Positions 61,424 through 64,000 of a DNA stretch of 64,000 nucleotides are shown here, piece by piece. Origin of the DNA: Octopus sinensis (taxonomy: Eukaryota); the NCBI RefSeq assembly GCF_006345805.1, contig NC_043000.1, positions 16,616,001-16,680,000 on the forward strand. The letters run 5' to 3'. The notes below the pieces were generated by a model. It made no database searches. It saw nothing but the letters and a program-made list of their open reading frames with translations, and was not told where the DNA came from. Numbering within the stretch: the first letter of the stretch is position 1; each line of letters begins with the position of its first letter. A program made the translations under genes and the position numbers.

Positions 61424-61641
61424 AGAACTACATGTGTCTCTTCAATGGCTACAGTGACTCTACCATGATGTAATTGCTTTAGTTCCAAACACAAAATCTT
61501 AGATCAAATCACTAGTTGTAACTCACTGACTCCAATTTTATTCTGGGAACTGTTATAATATGGCATGATTTAATTCCATATCTCAATGCTTTGAAACATG
61601 TCAGCTTAGTTAAAAATAGCCTTAAAATATTTATATATATA

Positions 61642-62040
61642 CTAGCAGTATCGCCCGGCGTTGCTCGGGTTTGTAAGGGAAATAACTATATAAGCATTTT
61701 TAGAGATGTAAAGTATAATAGCCATCTCAATATGGCTAACCACAAAGGGGGGTGTGTGTTACTGTAGCTTTTTACGTTCTGAGATTTAATAATAAATTTT
61801 TAGAGAGTTACTTCCCTTATATATGCCAAAAATGCATTAAAAATGGGAAAAATTGATGGTAAATTTTTTTTTAAATCATAGACTCATCATAGACGTGCGC
61901 TAATACCCAGAAGGGCTCGATATGAATCACGACTATAAGATACCCGGTTTTGGTTAAACTGCACCGCAAAATGTGGGAGTAGTTAGGAATCTAAATCGTA
62001 GGAGACAGACAGCACACAACCTCTCTTTTATATATAAAGA
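61642..62040 (-). mobile_element. Non-autonomous Helitron (399 bp)
   Basis: Minus strand reads A|TC...CCCGAGCAACGCCGGG-CGATACTG-CTAG|T: 5' TC, subterminal GC hairpin, 3' CTAG, inserted in an AT site without a TSD. Confidence 0.85.
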
Positions 62041-62739
62041 TTATATTTAATTATCTCCATAATAAAGCCCGTGTACATACATATATACATTATAGAGGTA
62101 CACATACTATTATATTAATATTAACCTTTTTGTTATGTTTCTATTGAAATACACTACAATTGTTTTCATTGGTAATTGGAGCAAAAATAAGCATGAAATT
62201 TTTGACTGGTTTCAATTTAGAGTATTTTAAAATTAAGTTTGTATCAAAGACCCAAGTTGGTTTCAGGTGGATTGATATCAAATGAGTTAAAGCATACATA
62301 TGTACATGAATATATCAACACACATGTAGATATGCATTTAAAATGTAATGCATAGATACACATACCTACTTAGCATTGTCTCTGATTGAAGTCTATGTCC
62401 ATACACTACACTGTCTTAACGAACTTGTATATTTTTCTATACACTATTACTTAATTCCCAATAATATTTCATACTACATAACATATGGATTATTTCTAAT
62501 TTTGGAACAAGGCCGGCAAAATTGAGGGGGAGAGATAAGTCATTTACATTGACCCTGAAGTCCATTTTGAGAGGGGTTAACTGAAAGGCAAAATTGAACT
62601 TGGTGGCTTTTGAGGTCTGGAAGAAATGCCACAGGGCATTTTATCTGGAGCAGTAATGATTCTACCAGCTCACCACCTCATACTATATAAGATATAATAC
62701 ATAGTACTATACAAAGTATATATATATTCAGTGTATAAG

Positions 62740-62959
62740 AAGGCGGCGAGCTGGCAGAACGGTTAGCACGCTGGGCGAAATGCGTAGCCATATTTCGTCT
62801 ACCGTTACGTTCCGAGTTCAAATTCCGCCGAGGTCGACTTTGCCTTTCATCCTTTTGGGGTCGATAAATTAAGTACCAGTTACGCACTGGGGTTGATATA
62901 ATCGACTTAAATTCGTTTGTCCCCTCTATGTTTAGCCCCTTGTGGGTAGTAAAGAAACA
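62740..62959 (+). mobile_element. tRNA-derived SINE, family B
   Basis: Matches the 1206 copy; 16-bp TSD TATATATATTCAGTGT at 62719-62734 and 62960-62975. Confidence 0.88.
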
Positions 62960-63574
62960 TATATATATTCAGTGTGCAGTATTTGAATGGCACCAGACTA
63001 TCATCAAACCAGATGTTTAAACCTAAGAATTTAAATAGTTAATCATAATTGGCTTTACAGTAATGGTTTCTAGTATTGACTCAAGATTACATGTTTTTGA
63101 AACTGGTGCCAGTTATATATGGCTGATGATCATTTCTTGACCCTGCGTGTATGAAAGGTAAAGTGATGGGATCTGAACTTGTAATGTAAAAGGATGTAAT
63201 GAAGAGAGTAGGAAGGAAGGAAGGAAGGACATAAGCTGAAGAGAGAGAACAGGAAAGAGAAGGGTTTATATTATCTCACTGTCTACCATGTTTGTCCATC
63301 CAAGAAACTTTTGTCCATTCAAAGAAGATCAAAAAGAGATATTTGTGCGTCACTCCTTTAGGGCATTTTTGGGGTCACTGATGTACAGCACAGCAGTGGA
63401 AACATGAAAGTGATGATAATAATAATGATGATGATGATGATGATGATGATGATAATTTCTGAATTAAAGATGGATCTTTGGATCTTTGGATTTATAAGAA
63501 GGATTTATAAAATTGACAAAATGGACAAAATCAAAAGCAAACTCGATGAACATTAATGGAATTTGTAGCTTTGT

Positions 63575-63905
63575 GGTACCAGTGCCGGTGGCACATACGA
63601 AAACCATCCGAACGTGGCCGTAGCCAGTACCGCATTGACTGGCCTCCGTGCCGGTGGCACGTAAAAAAACACCATCCGAGCGTGGCCGTTTGCCAGCCTC
63701 GTCTGGCACCTGTGTCAGTGGCACATAAAATCACCCACTACACTCTTGGAGTGGTTGGCGTTAGGAAGGGCATCCAGCCGTAGAAACACTGCCAGATCAG
63801 ACTGGGCCTGATGCAGCCTTCTGGCTTCACAGACCCCAGTTGAACCGTCCAACCCATGCTAGCATGGAAAACGGATGCTAAATGATGATGATGATGATGA
63901 TGATG
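63575..63905 (+). mobile_element. Family D retroposon 3' region with three internal gtgccggtggcac-type repeats and a (GAT)n tail
   Basis: Best-preserved copy of a sequence seen decayed at about 2.1, 8.2, 55.4, 58.7 and 59.4 kb. Confidence 0.75.
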
Positions 63906-64000
63906 AAATGGGAAGGTATAACGCCCCAAATAACACTGGTAAAAAAAAGAAGGGAACTGAAACCAAGAACTATATCATGCACCGATTCCCCAAATAAATT

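Overview
AT-rich, microsatellite- and SINE-dense animal genomic DNA. The repeat families suggest a coleoid cephalopod, probably Octopus (inference). Most of the window lies inside one minus-strand gene whose 5' and 3' ends are outside the window. I can trace a chain of exons with AG/GT boundaries, all symmetric phase 1: 54240-54290, 51216-51239, 48532-48624, 48236-48313, 37166-42394, 11784-27556, 4832-5002 and 341-403. Two are giant. The 5,229-nt exon (1,743 codons) carries about 48 copies of a 10-aa repeat, about 22 of them with RRxT. The 15,773-nt exon becomes 15,777 nt (5,259 codons) once four single-base deletions are repaired. It carries 18 near-identical 624-bp (208-aa) units, a 16-aa His/Cys/Asp repeat array and polybasic ends. 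The architecture resembles the low-complexity tail of a giant ankyrin. That identity is an inference, because no ANK, ZU5, UPA or death domain is visible here. Introns contain several tRNA-derived SINE families (three young copies with TSDs), a CR1 LINE 3' end, a LINE zinc-finger remnant, two Tc1/mariner relics, a TTAA MITE and a short Helitron. There are no prokaryotic features, rRNA, true tRNA or CRISPR. Small-exon calls are by-eye splice predictions and need transcript support.
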